Source: a bacterium
GTDB lineage: Bacteria > Patescibacteriota > Microgenomatia > Levybacterales > UBA12049
NCBI GenBank assembly: GCA_041691355.1
Contig: JBEPUU010000002.1
Coordinates: 1-34,024 of the forward strand
Direction of reading: 5' to 3'
Length of the DNA: 34,024 nt
A model generated the notes under the pieces. The model was not told the origin of the DNA. It did not search any database and was given only the letters and a program-made list of their open reading frames with translations. The position numbers were made by a program, and so were the translations under genes. Numbering within the stretch: position 1 is the first letter of the stretch; each line of letters starts with the position of its first letter. Below, piece by piece: positions 16,874-25,895 of the stretch.

Positions 16874-19015
16874 ATGGCAGATACAGGTTCAAAATCACGA
16901 CTTTATCCACTCGATCGAATTCGAAATATCGGTATTATCGCGCACATTGATGCGGGAAAAACAACAACTACAGAGCGTATTCTTTTCTACACAGGACGCA
17001 CCTACAAAATAGGTGACATTGATGAAGGAAATACCCAGATGGACTGGATGGATCAAGAGAAGGAGCGAGGTATTACTATTGTATCTGCTGCTACAACTGC
17101 TTTCTGGGTACCGACAACAGGGTTAGAAGTCGGTAATGAACATCGATTTAACATTATTGATACTCCCGGACACGTTGATTTTACTGCGGAAGTTGAACGT
17201 TCACTTCGTGTTCTTGATGGTGGAGTTACTGTTCTTGACGCTGAAGAAGGAGTACAGTCTCAATCCGAAACAGTCTGGCGACAAGCTGATAAATATAATG
17301 TCCCACGTATTTGTTTTATAAACAAAATGGACAAATTGGGTGCGAATTTCCTCCAAACCGTTAAAAGTGTTGAAGACAGACTTGGCGCAAATCCAGCAAT
17401 TATGGTTCTTCCAATCGGTGCTGAAAATACCTATGTTGGAAATGTCGATTTGTTGACACGCAAATCTTTTATTTGGGGATCAGATGAGCTCGGTGCAAAA
17501 TATGACGTTAACGACGAAATTCCTGAAGATATGAAGGATCAAGTAGAAGAATATAGAAGTAAATTAATTGAGAAGATTGCCGAGACAGATGATGAGATGC
17601 TTGAAAAATATTTGAACGGTGAAGAGCCATCCGTTGAAGATCTTCGAAAAGCACTTCGAGCAGCAGTTATCGCATATAAATTAGTTCCAATGTACGCTGG
17701 AACATCACTTCGAAATAAAGGAGTACAGCCACTTCTTGATGCAATTGTTGACTATCTCCCGTCACCACAGGACTTAGAAGATGTTAAAGGTCTTAATCCA
17801 AAAACAGGAGCTGATGAAACCCGCAAACTCATCCCCGACGAAGATTTTTCAGGACTTGCATTTAAAATCCAAAATGATCCCCATGTTGGAAAACTTGCTT
17901 ATTTCCGTGTCTATTCCGGGAAATTAACGGCTGGATCATATGTATATAATTCCAACAAAGGAGTTAAAGAACGTATTGGACGACTTCTTATGATGCATGC
18001 GAATGATCGTGAGGAAATAAAAGAAGCGTATGCAGGAGAAATTGTTGCGATTGTTGGACTGAAAGAGACTATTACTGGGGACACATTATGCGATGAGGCA
18101 AAACCAATTGTTCTTGAACAAATCACGTTCCCAGAACCTGTTATTTCACTTGCCATTGAACCAAAAACCAGATCAGATCAAGAAAGACTTGGATATTCAC
18201 TAAAAAGACTGATGGAAGAAGATCCTACATTTACAGTCAAAAGTAATCCTGAAACAGGTCAAACGATCATTTCAGGTATTGGAGAACTTCAACTTGAAAT
18301 TATGGTTGATCGTATGAAGAGAGAATTCAACGTTGAAGCAAATGTTGGTGCTCCTCAAGTTGCATATAAAGAAGCTATTTCACAAAGTGTTGAATCCGAA
18401 GGAAAATATATCAAGCAATCAGGTGGACGAGGGCAATATGGTCATTGTTTCTTAAGACTTGAGCCCAATCCTCGCGGTGAAGGATCCGAATTTGTTAATG
18501 CGATCAAAGGTGGAGCAATTCCAGCTGAATTTGTCAGAGCTGTTGAAAAAGGTGTTAAAGAAACACTTGAGAATGGTGTACTCCTCGGATTTCCACTTAT
18601 TGATGTTAAAGTTACTTGCTATGATGGTTCATATCACGATGTTGATTCTAGTGAAATCGCCTTTAAGATTGCAGCAAGTCAGGCTATTCAATCAGGTGCG
18701 AAAAAAGCAGGAATTACACTTCTTGAGCCGATTATGAAAGTCGAAGTTACAACACCAAGTGAATATATGGGTGAAGTTATGGGTGATTTGTCATCCAAAC
18801 GGGCACAAATCAGTGGCAATGAAGAAAGAAAAAATGCAACAATTATTTTGGCTCAAGTTCCATTGTCAGAACTTTCAGGATATGCAACGCAACTCAGATC
18901 TCTTACCAAAGGTCGCGCAAGTTACTACATGGAACCATCTCATTATGAATACGTTCCAAAGAACATCGTCGACGGCCTCGTCGCCAAATCCACATTTACC
19001 GGAAGAGTTGAATAA
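16874..19015 (+). CDS. fusA: elongation factor G
   Basis: Start at MADTGSK...[17 protein letters not shown] motifs [21 protein letters not shown]. Full five-domain length (~713 aa). Confidence 0.96.
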   Translation: MADTGSKSRLYPLDRIRNIGIIAHIDAGKTTTTERILFYTGRTYKIGDIDEGNTQMDWMDQEKERGITIVSAATTAFWVPTTGLEVGNEHRFNIIDTPGHVDFTAEVERSLRVLDGGVTVLDAEEGVQSQSETVWRQADKYNVPRICFINKMDKLGANFLQTVKSVEDRLGANPAIMVLPIGAENTYVGNVDLLTRKSFIWGSDELGAKYDVNDEIPEDMKDQVEEYRSKLIEKIAETDDEMLEKYLNGEEPSVEDLRKALRAAVIAYKLVPMYAGTSLRNKGVQPLLDAIVDYLPSPQDLEDVKGLNPKTGADETRKLIPDEDFSGLAFKIQNDPHVGKLAYFRVYSGKLTAGSYVYNSNKGVKERIGRLLMMHANDREEIKEAYAGEIVAIVGLKETITGDTLCDEAKPIVLEQITFPEPVISLAIEPKTRSDQERLGYSLKRLMEEDPTFTVKSNPETGQTIISGIGELQLEIMVDRMKREFNVEANVGAPQVAYKEAISQSVESEGKYIKQSGGRGQYGHCFLRLEPNPRGEGSEFVNAIKGGAIPAEFVRAVEKGVKETLENGVLLGFPLIDVKVTCYDGSYHDVDSSEIAFKIAASQAIQSGAKKAGITLLEPIMKVEVTTPSEYMGEVMGDLSSKRAQISGNEERKNATIILAQVPLSELSGYATQLRSLTKGRASYYMEPSHYEYVPKNIVDGLVAKSTFTGRVE

Positions 19016-19023
19016 GGTTTGAT

Positions 19024-19359
19024 ATGTACGTAATTAAAGAGCCGAAAGAGATTGAATTTAACAGAATTGGGCATAAAGGAAAAAGCTTCCCAACAGCTGA
19101 TTTAACAAATAAGACCGAATACCTCATAATCCAAACAGAGAAAGAGCTTGAAACGACCCTTATTGAACACGATTCCGATTTCACATACTACATAGTAGAA
19201 GGTAGTGGTGAGTTCATTATCGATGGGAAAAAAGAGAAAGGTTTCAAGGGTGATCTTGTTATTAATCCTGCAGGGAAATCATTTACGTATAAAGGAAAAC
19301 TAAAACTCCTTCTTATTGCGTGTCCTCCGTGGAAAGAAGCGCAAGAAGAAATGTTGTAG
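19024..19359 (+). CDS. cupin-domain protein
   Basis: 111 aa. Cupin pattern FTYYIVEGSGEFIIDG...GDLVINPAG. Begins 8 nt after the fusA stop. Confidence 0.72.
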   Translation: MYVIKEPKEIEFNRIGHKGKSFPTADLTNKTEYLIIQTEKELETTLIEHDSDFTYYIVEGSGEFIIDGKKEKGFKGDLVINPAGKSFTYKGKLKLLLIACPPWKEAQEEML

Positions 19360-19372
19360 TATACTATTATTT

Positions 19373-20050
19373 ATGAAACCTATTGTTGGAATTTTTGCAC
19401 ATCCTGATGATGAGGTTCTTGTGGGACCCGGAGGTACGCTCGCGACATTTGCAAAAGAGGGACGAGACACGTATCTTATTTGCGTCACAGACGGTGATGC
19501 AGGAGAAAATAGTAGCGATGATAAACGCGATCTTGGTGAGATACGTCGTGAAGAACTTCAAGCTTCAGCAAAAATACTAGGTATTAAAGAAGTGTTTTTC
19601 TTGGGATATAAAGATGGAACACTTTCAAATAACCTTTATCATGAGATAGCTGAAAAAATTACTACTATTTTGGAAAAGATAGCTCCCGAAATAATCATAA
19701 CTATGGAACACCGTGGGATTTCAGGACATCTTGACCACATCGCAGTTTCAATGATTTCCTCATATATCTATGAACATATGCATTCCATCAAAGAAATTTG
19801 GTATTATGCACTGACTGAAGAAGACCGAGCATTGCTTCCTCCATATTATATTTATTTCCCAAACGGATACAAAAGAGATGAAATAAGTAAAATTGTCGAT
19901 GTGACATCTGTATGGGATCAAAAATTGGCATCATTGCACCAGCATAAATCTCAACTTCATGATATCGAAAAAGCCTTGAGTCGATTGGAGAAGAGACCAA
20001 AAGAAGAATCTTTTATTATTGTTACGCGTCCTACAACAAATACGGAATAA
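19373..20050 (+). CDS. PIG-L/LmbE-family N-acetylglucosaminyl deacetylase
   Basis: Start at MKPIVGIFAHPDDE. AHPDDE and GHLDH zinc-ligand motifs present. Confidence 0.85.
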   Translation: MKPIVGIFAHPDDEVLVGPGGTLATFAKEGRDTYLICVTDGDAGENSSDDKRDLGEIRREELQASAKILGIKEVFFLGYKDGTLSNNLYHEIAEKITTILEKIAPEIIITMEHRGISGHLDHIAVSMISSYIYEHMHSIKEIWYYALTEEDRALLPPYYIYFPNGYKRDEISKIVDVTSVWDQKLASLHQHKSQLHDIEKALSRLEKRPKEESFIIVTRPTTNTE

Positions 20051-20471
20051 TAGCTTTGGTTTTCTTCTTATACTCTTTATATTCTTTAACTGCTTCAATC
20101 ATAGTAGATTCTTCTCTGATAATTTTGAGAAAGATAACCGCACACAAAATAACTAATGCAATAAAACGCAAAAATGTAAATTCTATCTCTACAAAACTAA
20201 TCATAATAAGGAAGTATCCTGCATAGACGGGATGACGGATAATTTCATATGGGCCTTTGGTAAAAAAGAAATATCCTGGTGGGAGATCATGTTTCTGATC
20301 ATTTTTGCCTACTCGTAGTGTAATGGCAGCCCAAATGATCAAGAGAGCGCCAAAGATTTGGACCAACAGATCAACAGCTGTTTGAGAGATAAGCTGTCCG
20401 CTTAGCAGAATAAAAATAGTTGCGAGAATACCAAAGCTATTGAAGATAACTGCTTTTAGATCATTATCCAT
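20031..20471 (-). CDS. ICMT/PEMT-like integral membrane methyltransferase
   Basis: 146 aa, ~4 TM helices, motif GPYEIIRHPVYAGYF. Its 3' end overlaps the PIG-L 3' end by 20 nt. Confidence 0.72.
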   Translation of the reverse strand: MDNDLKAVIFNSFGILATIFILLSGQLISQTAVDLLVQIFGALLIIWAAITLRVGKNDQKHDLPPGYFFFTKGPYEIIRHPVYAGYFLIMISFVEIEFTFLRFIALVILCAVIFLKIIREESTMIEAVKEYKEYKKKTKAIIPYLL

Positions 20472-20505
20472 AGGGTCCTCTAAGTATAAAGGATACGAGT
20501 TTGGT

Positions 20506-20533
20506 TTGGAAGATAGATTGGATGATATATAAT
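20506..20533 (+). promoter_or_regulatory. candidate promoter for GH18-like gene
   Basis: TTGGAA (20506-20511), 16 nt, TATAAT (20528-20533). The -10 ends 6 nt before ATG 20540, so either the mRNA is leaderless or the intervening aGGTGG is the SD of a longer transcript. The two readings are mutually exclusive and unresolved. Confidence 0.35.
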
Positions 20534-20539
20534 AGGTGG

Positions 20540-21619
20540 ATGAAACGTTTCCTAGTGGTTGTGCTTATCCTTTTGGTGACTGTGTTTATCTTACTCAGAG
20601 TTGTGAGAGCAAAAGTTGGACATGACCTCGCGGCTCCTGTGTATCAGCCTGCATTGACTCCGACTCCTACAGTTATAATTGACCGTTCACAAAAAACAAA
20701 TACTGCTCTTTTTGTTCCTAATTGGGCCATGAATTCTATCTCGGATGGATATGATCAATATATCTATTTTGGCGTTTCTCCAACAACGAGTGGAATAGGT
20801 TCTGATGATCAGGATGTAAAAGATATTGATACATTTTTTAATAATGTTCCGCAGGGTAAGCAAACACTTTTGACGTTAGAAATGACAAATTCAAGTACGA
20901 ATGCAACAATTTTACAAAGCAAAACTCTTCAGCAAAAAATTATTTCTCAAACTCTTTCACTTGCCAAAGCAAATGGTTTTTCAGGTGTGGTTTTAGATCT
21001 GGAAATGAGCAGTATTCCTTTCAGCGCACTCATAGATGAGATAAACGCATTTACAAAATCATTTGATCAGCAAACAAAAGCTCAGCAATTGCAATTTGAC
21101 GTGACGTTGTATGGTGATACGTTCTATCGTTTGCGTCCATTTGATATCAAATCAATAGCCTCAAATTCGGACATGGTTATGATTATGGCGTATAATTTCC
21201 ATAAGACTCGATCGGATCCTGGTCCAAATTTCCCCATATCCGGTCAAGCTGTCTATGGATACGATATGGGGAAAATGGCTGATGATTTTTTGCAAGCTGT
21301 CCCAAATCAAAAACTCGGTGTCATCTTTGGACTATTTGGATATGATTGGCCTGTTGACGCTCAAGGAAGTGCGATAGGTGCGGGTCAGGCTGTGACAGAA
21401 TCTCAGATTCAGAGTAAATTTTTGGATACCTGTGCTTTTAAAGATTGCCAAATCAAGCGTGATCCTGTGTCCTCGGAAACAGAAATTCACTATACGGATG
21501 ACAATAATCAAAGGCATATCGTATGGTTTGAAGATATGCAATCAGTTAGTACCAAAGAACAATTTCTCCGTAAAAAAGGAATTGGTAATTTCTCCTTCTG
21601 GGCAAATTCATACTTTTGA
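20540..21619 (+). CDS. GH18-like (chitinase/peptidoglycan-hydrolase fold) exported protein
   Basis: Start at MKRFLVVVLILLVTVFILL (signal/anchor). Active-site region reads GFSGVVLDLE, against the canonical GFDGxDxDWE. MIMAYNFH resembles the GH18 MxYD segment. Confidence 0.62.
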   Translation: MKRFLVVVLILLVTVFILLRVVRAKVGHDLAAPVYQPALTPTPTVIIDRSQKTNTALFVPNWAMNSISDGYDQYIYFGVSPTTSGIGSDDQDVKDIDTFFNNVPQGKQTLLTLEMTNSSTNATILQSKTLQQKIISQTLSLAKANGFSGVVLDLEMSSIPFSALIDEINAFTKSFDQQTKAQQLQFDVTLYGDTFYRLRPFDIKSIASNSDMVMIMAYNFHKTRSDPGPNFPISGQAVYGYDMGKMADDFLQAVPNQKLGVIFGLFGYDWPVDAQGSAIGAGQAVTESQIQSKFLDTCAFKDCQIKRDPVSSETEIHYTDDNNQRHIVWFEDMQSVSTKEQFLRKKGIGNFSFWANSYF

Positions 21620-21684
21620 TGCGGTAAGTATTGCCGTTATTGCAAAAGCAGGGCTATCCGATTATGTTGGAACCTATTTTACGT

Positions 21685-22266
21685 CTAATTATTTAATTGC
21701 GAATGATTTCGTTCTTGAAGATATTTGACACTGACAATGGCACTATTCATAAGAAAGACATACAGTGGGTAGATTAATAATATCCAGTCCATTCGAGGTA
21801 CAGCCAACATTGTTAATAAACCAGCAATTCCTGCCAATGACCACTGAATATATGTTTCACTTTTTGGATGATGATACACTTTGATAAGAGTAGGCACAGC
21901 TCCTATGCCATCGATAATTACTGCATAAACTGTAGAAAGGTGAGTATCTTTAGTGGTTAACCAATAGAGTAATAAAATCGCTGCTAGTACAAGACAAATG
22001 CGATCAATTGTAGAAGCTCCTCCCATTCCAAAACGCAGTGATAATATAAAAACACATCCGACAAGAAGAGCAGTACTTATAAAAAAGAGGGAAGAATAAC
22101 CGCCATCATTGCTTACCTGATTGAAAGCTGCAATAGTTGTCAAGATTGTCCATATACCCCACGTATAAGGATGAGGCTTTACAATATTCCGAAAAATGTC
22201 TCGAATATACGGAACGTATCCAACTAGATTTAAAATTAAGGCTAATAAACCTACTATTGCTTGCAT
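21685..22266 (-). CDS. 7-TM membrane protein with internal 3+1+3 repeat (PQ-loop/SWEET-like, tentative)
   Basis: 193 aa with ~7 hydrophobic helices. Repeated motif at the start of helices 1 and 5: LVGYVPYIRDIF and GIGAVPTLIKVY. Confidence 0.5.
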   Translation of the reverse strand: MQAIVGLLALILNLVGYVPYIRDIFRNIVKPHPYTWGIWTILTTIAAFNQVSNDGGYSSLFFISTALLVGCVFILSLRFGMGGASTIDRICLVLAAILLLYWLTTKDTHLSTVYAVIIDGIGAVPTLIKVYHHPKSETYIQWSLAGIAGLLTMLAVPRMDWILLIYPLYVFLMNSAIVSVKYLQERNHSQLNN

Positions 22267-22272
22267 TTCATA

Positions 22273-22302
22273 AGTATATCAGAGGTTTTATTAAGGAGTT
22301 AA
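22273..22302 (-). promoter_or_regulatory. candidate promoter for the 7-TM gene
   Basis: Minus strand: TTAACT (22297-22302), 18 nt, TATACT (22273-22278). The -10 ends 6 nt before ATG 22266, a leaderless-type geometry. Confidence 0.33.
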
Positions 22303-22333
22303 AGTTGTTCCCTTAGATGCATACTTTAAAGTT

Positions 22334-24058
22334 TCAATAACACGCATTTAATGTAGCTGATGTAGCTTTTTCTGTATTTTGGCAAGCTACATATGCACTT
22401 GTTTGTGGTGTGAGACCAAGTGCTGCACATCGTGCTGCGCCAAGATTTTGACAGGTAAGTGCAGATGAAAGTGGAGTACTCTTTATTTGTAGTCGATGTG
22501 ATGCAAGCGTTGTTTTCAAAAAGAATGTGTACAATTGAGAGTTGGAGTTAGTACCTGTTGGTGCTAGTGTAGTTGCGGCAGTTGGCGCAGGTATATCAAG
22601 TGCTTTGGTGTGTGTACCAAGAACACCTTTAAAGTAATTCTGTGGAAGAATTGTGATGTATTGTGCAAATGGATCCTGAAGCGATAGATAAGAGAGTTTG
22701 CCTTTCTCATCAACCGTTGCCAATTGTGTATATGCATAGCTGTAAGACGGTCCTAGGTTACCTAGATTGGCGCTATCAGTACTTTGTAGACCGATGAGTG
22801 TTTTATTAGATGGTAACTGGGAAACATAGCCATATGGCGTTCCGTTTGCAGAGGGTAGAGAAATTTGTGTGTTATGTAATTTGCCCAAATCATAGCTATA
22901 AATTCCCATTTGTTTGGTGTCAGGTGAAAGGGTTGAAATAATAACATTTCCTGACTGTTTGTCCCATTGAACATCAGAATACGTATTGCTATCGGCAAGA
23001 TTGGGAAGTCCATAACGCTGCAATGTTTTGGTGTCCAATAATTCAACGGTGTTGGGTGTAAGAAGCGCTTGTCGATAGCCATTTTTTACTGCTGCACCAT
23101 CTCCTTTGGTACCGTCATATCCTGCAAAAAGTAAATATTTTCCATCAGGCGAAAGTGATGGTTGTGAACCATATGTTCCATTTGTCATGGTGGAGATATC
23201 TTGTTTGTTAGAACCATCAAAATCAACAATGCTCATACCATACGCCCATCCCGCACCCCCCCTTGGATCATTGGGAATCATTTGATCTGTGAAGACCCTG
23301 CCGCTATCAAGAATTGCTCGAGGATAGTGGATAGGAATTGTTGTTGTCGCAGTTTCATCATAGAGAAGATTGGGTGTAGCTGGTTGAGTAAGATCAACAG
23401 AATACACACGTGATGCTCCTCCTTGTAATGTCTGTGTTTCAGTTGAAAGCTTGGCTTCCCAGAGTACTAGATAGTGTTTGTTTGGAGAAAGAATATAATC
23501 ATCTATTCCAAATCCACTATCAACCGGGATATTGGTAACAATTTGATTTTCTTCTATATTAAAAACACTTATTCGTTGCCCGTAATCATTGCTGTCTGTT
23601 TGATCGATATATAGCAATGAATTATTTGAGAGAATACTTACTTTTTTAACAGTAAGTGGCAGTGTCGCTATGGTGGTAGGAGTGGATGTGGCAATATCAA
23701 CTGCACGAACAACAGACGTCTGGCTCGTCCATGTTCCATAAACAAGAGTTTGAGATGATTTTTTGGTTGCGGGTGTAGGCTGCGCGGCTTTTTTAATATT
23801 ATCAGTTTGTTTGGGAGTCGGTGTTGCGCCAGTCGTCGGAACAGTTGATGTATCTCTCCCTGCGCTACTTATGAGAAGGAAGATAGGGATTATAATGAGC
23901 AAAAAAAGAACGCCACCTGCAATAGATAAGAGTTTTTTATTCGATAGATAGGCAAGATATTTTTTTGGTATATATGTATCTACTATCTTTTGTATTTTTT
24001 GTAGAATATTTGCTAACAGTTCTTGTTGTTTGTTAGCCTCTGATGATGTAGGTTCCAT
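22334..24058 (-). CDS. type-II membrane-anchored PD40/TolB-like beta-propeller protein with Cys-rich C-terminal module
   Basis: Start taken at MEPTSSEANK (ATG 24058); a TTG at 24097 is possible. TM LLSIAGGVLFLLIIIPIFLLISS, PT linker, PD40-type repeats (LSPDGKYLLFAGYDG, LSPNKHYLVLWEA), C-terminal 4-Cys segment. Confidence 0.65.
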   Translation of the reverse strand: MEPTSSEANKQQELLANILQKIQKIVDTYIPKKYLAYLSNKKLLSIAGGVLFLLIIIPIFLLISSAGRDTSTVPTTGATPTPKQTDNIKKAAQPTPATKKSSQTLVYGTWTSQTSVVRAVDIATSTPTTIATLPLTVKKVSILSNNSLLYIDQTDSNDYGQRISVFNIEENQIVTNIPVDSGFGIDDYILSPNKHYLVLWEAKLSTETQTLQGGASRVYSVDLTQPATPNLLYDETATTTIPIHYPRAILDSGRVFTDQMIPNDPRGGAGWAYGMSIVDFDGSNKQDISTMTNGTYGSQPSLSPDGKYLLFAGYDGTKGDGAAVKNGYRQALLTPNTVELLDTKTLQRYGLPNLADSNTYSDVQWDKQSGNVIISTLSPDTKQMGIYSYDLGKLHNTQISLPSANGTPYGYVSQLPSNKTLIGLQSTDSANLGNLGPSYSYAYTQLATVDEKGKLSYLSLQDPFAQYITILPQNYFKGVLGTHTKALDIPAPTAATTLAPTGTNSNSQLYTFFLKTTLASHRLQIKSTPLSSALTCQNLGAARCAALGLTPQTSAYVACQNTEKATSATLNACY

Positions 24059-24109
24059 ATTACTAATAGTGTGACAGTTAGGAAAAGTGCTTGTCAAGCA
24101 AATTGACTC

Positions 24110-24138
24110 TTGACGTATTTTTGAAAATATTGTATCAT
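24110..24138 (+). promoter_or_regulatory. sigma70-type promoter for tuf
   Basis: TTGACG (24110-24115), 17 nt, TATCAT (24133-24138). About 45 nt upstream of the tuf ATG. Confidence 0.55.
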
Positions 24139-24183
24139 TACTCTTACCTCATTGAAGAAATGAGATTTTTATTTTTATAACCT

Positions 24184-25362
24184 ATGGCAACATTTCAACG
24201 AACTAAACCACATGTAAATATCGGAACAATCGGTCACGTCGATCACGGCAAGACCACTACAACAGCAGCTATTGCTACAGTCTTGTCCAAACAAGGTGGC
24301 GGAAAAGCAATGAAATATGAAGATATTGATAACGCCCCTGAAGAAAAGGCTCGCGGAGTCACGATTAACATTTCTCACATCGAATACGAAACAGCAGCTC
24401 GTCACTATGCTCACATTGACGCTCCAGGACACGCAGATTATATCAAGAACATGATTACAGGAGCAGCACAAATGGACGGAGCAATCCTTGTTGTTTCAGC
24501 TCCAGATGGTCCTATGCCTCAGACTCGAGAACACATTCTTTTGGCTTACCAAGTTGGTGTTCCAGCACTCGTAGTCTTCCTTAACAAATGCGATATGGTC
24601 GATGATGCAGAGCTTCTTGATCTTGTTGAAATGGAAGTTCGAGAATTGCTTACAAAATACAAATACCCAGGAGACAAAGTTACCATTATTCGTGGATCAG
24701 CATTAAAAGCTCTTGAAGGAGATGCAGAAGCTGAAAAGCAAATCTTGGCACTTATGGAAGCTGTCGACAAAGATATCCCTACACCAGAGCGCGCATTAGA
24801 CAAGCCATTCTTAATGCCTGTTGAAGATGTTTTCTCAATCAAAGGTCGAGGAACAGTTGTTACCGGTAGAATTGAAAGAGGTATGGTTAAGATTAATGAA
24901 GCTGTTGAAATTGTAGGTCTGGATAAGAATAAAGATTCAGTCGTTACAGGAGTTGAAATGTTTAAGAAACAACTTGACGAAGGACAAGCTGGAGATAACG
25001 TTGGTCTTTTACTCCGAGGTCTTGAAAAGTCAGATGTTGAGCGTGGACAAGTTATAGCAAAACCAAAAAGTATCACTCCTCACACAGAATTTGAAGCAGA
25101 AGCATACGTATTAACCAAAGAAGAAGGCGGTCGTCACACACCATTCTTTAAAGGATATCGTCCGCAATTCTATATCAGAACAACAGACGTTACAGGAAAT
25201 GTTACACTTCCAGATGGTGTTGAAATGGTTATGCCTGGAGACACAACAAAAATGACTGTCAAACTTATCGTTCCAGTTGCTCTCGAAGAAGGCCTTCGAT
25301 ACGCGGTTCGAGAAGGTGGAAAGACAGTAGGAGCCGGTGTTATCACCAAAATAATAAAATAA
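24184..25362 (+). CDS. tuf: elongation factor Tu
   Basis: [37 protein letters not shown]. 392 aa, full length. Confidence 0.97.
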   Translation: MATFQRTKPHVNIGTIGHVDHGKTTTTAAIATVLSKQGGGKAMKYEDIDNAPEEKARGVTINISHIEYETAARHYAHIDAPGHADYIKNMITGAAQMDGAILVVSAPDGPMPQTREHILLAYQVGVPALVVFLNKCDMVDDAELLDLVEMEVRELLTKYKYPGDKVTIIRGSALKALEGDAEAEKQILALMEAVDKDIPTPERALDKPFLMPVEDVFSIKGRGTVVTGRIERGMVKINEAVEIVGLDKNKDSVVTGVEMFKKQLDEGQAGDNVGLLLRGLEKSDVERGQVIAKPKSITPHTEFEAEAYVLTKEEGGRHTPFFKGYRPQFYIRTTDVTGNVTLPDGVEMVMPGDTTKMTVKLIVPVALEEGLRYAVREGGKTVGAGVITKIIK

Positions 25363-25384
25363 GTCGCCCAAGGCGACTTTTTTT
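25362..25384 (+). terminator. Rho-independent terminator after tuf
   Basis: 7-bp GC-rich stem agtcgcc/ggcgact, 3-nt loop, then a T7 run. Confidence 0.75.
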
Positions 25385-25432
25385 ACTTTTGTGAGAGATC
25401 TTTAACAGTCTGAAGGTTATATAAACAAAACT

Positions 25433-25741
25433 ATGGCAAAAGGAAGAATTAGAGTTAGATTAAAAAGTTATGACGCTCGAGTCCTAGACTCGTGTTGTCA
25501 GCAAATTCTTGACTCGGTTATAAGAACCGGAGCTAAGGTTATTGGCCCAGTTCCACTTCCCACTGACAGGTCAGTTTATGCAGTAAACAAATCACCGTTT
25601 ATCGATAAAGATGCCAGAGATCATTTCGAAATTCGAATTCATAAGCGATTAATTGATATTGTTTCACCAACAGACAAAACAATTGATAGTTTAACAAACT
25701 TAGCATTACCAGCCGGAGTAGATGTAGAGTTGAAGATGTAG
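25433..25741 (+). CDS. rpsJ: 30S ribosomal protein S10
   Basis: 102 aa, IRVRLKSYD...LPTDRSVYAVNKSPFIDKDARDHFEIRIHKRLIDI. Confidence 0.95.
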   Translation: MAKGRIRVRLKSYDARVLDSCCQQILDSVIRTGAKVIGPVPLPTDRSVYAVNKSPFIDKDARDHFEIRIHKRLIDIVSPTDKTIDSLTNLALPAGVDVELKM

Positions 25742-25871
25742 GTCTGAGGCTCTTTTTTTATAACATTGATGCCCAAACTAATTAAACATGCTCAAAGTAT
25801 GATTGATTAAAAATGCCTAGCTATGGCCACCCCATTTAGAGGGGATCAATTCACACGTTGTGAATAATAAA

Positions 25872-25895
25872 GGTAGCCAAAGGCTATCTTTTTTT
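25872..25895 (+). terminator. terminator-like hairpin inside the rpsJ-rplC spacer
   Basis: Stem ggtagcc/ggctatc (7 bp, one G-U), loop aaa, then a T7 run. Confidence 0.6.

Noticed and set aside
24148-24176. Small hairpin ctcat/atgag followed by a T-rich run in the tuf 5' leader, a possible attenuator
   Set aside because: The stem is only 5 AU-rich bp with a 7-nt loop. That is too weak to call a terminator or attenuator without experimental data.
19016-24183. The fusA-tuf insert as a mobile element or defence island
   Set aside because: I recognised no integrase, transposase, recombinase, nuclease, ATPase or toxin-antitoxin-like ORFs, and no flanking direct or inverted repeats. The content is envelope and glycan enzymes.
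24175-25371. Three sizeable minus-strand ORFs (24175-24471, 24546-25076, 25111-25371) antisense to tuf
   Set aside because: They lie entirely within a highly conserved, motif-verified EF-Tu CDS. Their translations are low-complexity Ser/Cys/Thr-rich with no recognisable motifs. These are typical shadow ORFs.
25742-25760. T7 run immediately after the rpsJ stop as a terminator
   Set aside because: I could not find a stable preceding stem. The better terminator-like structure is 130 nt downstream (25872-25895).
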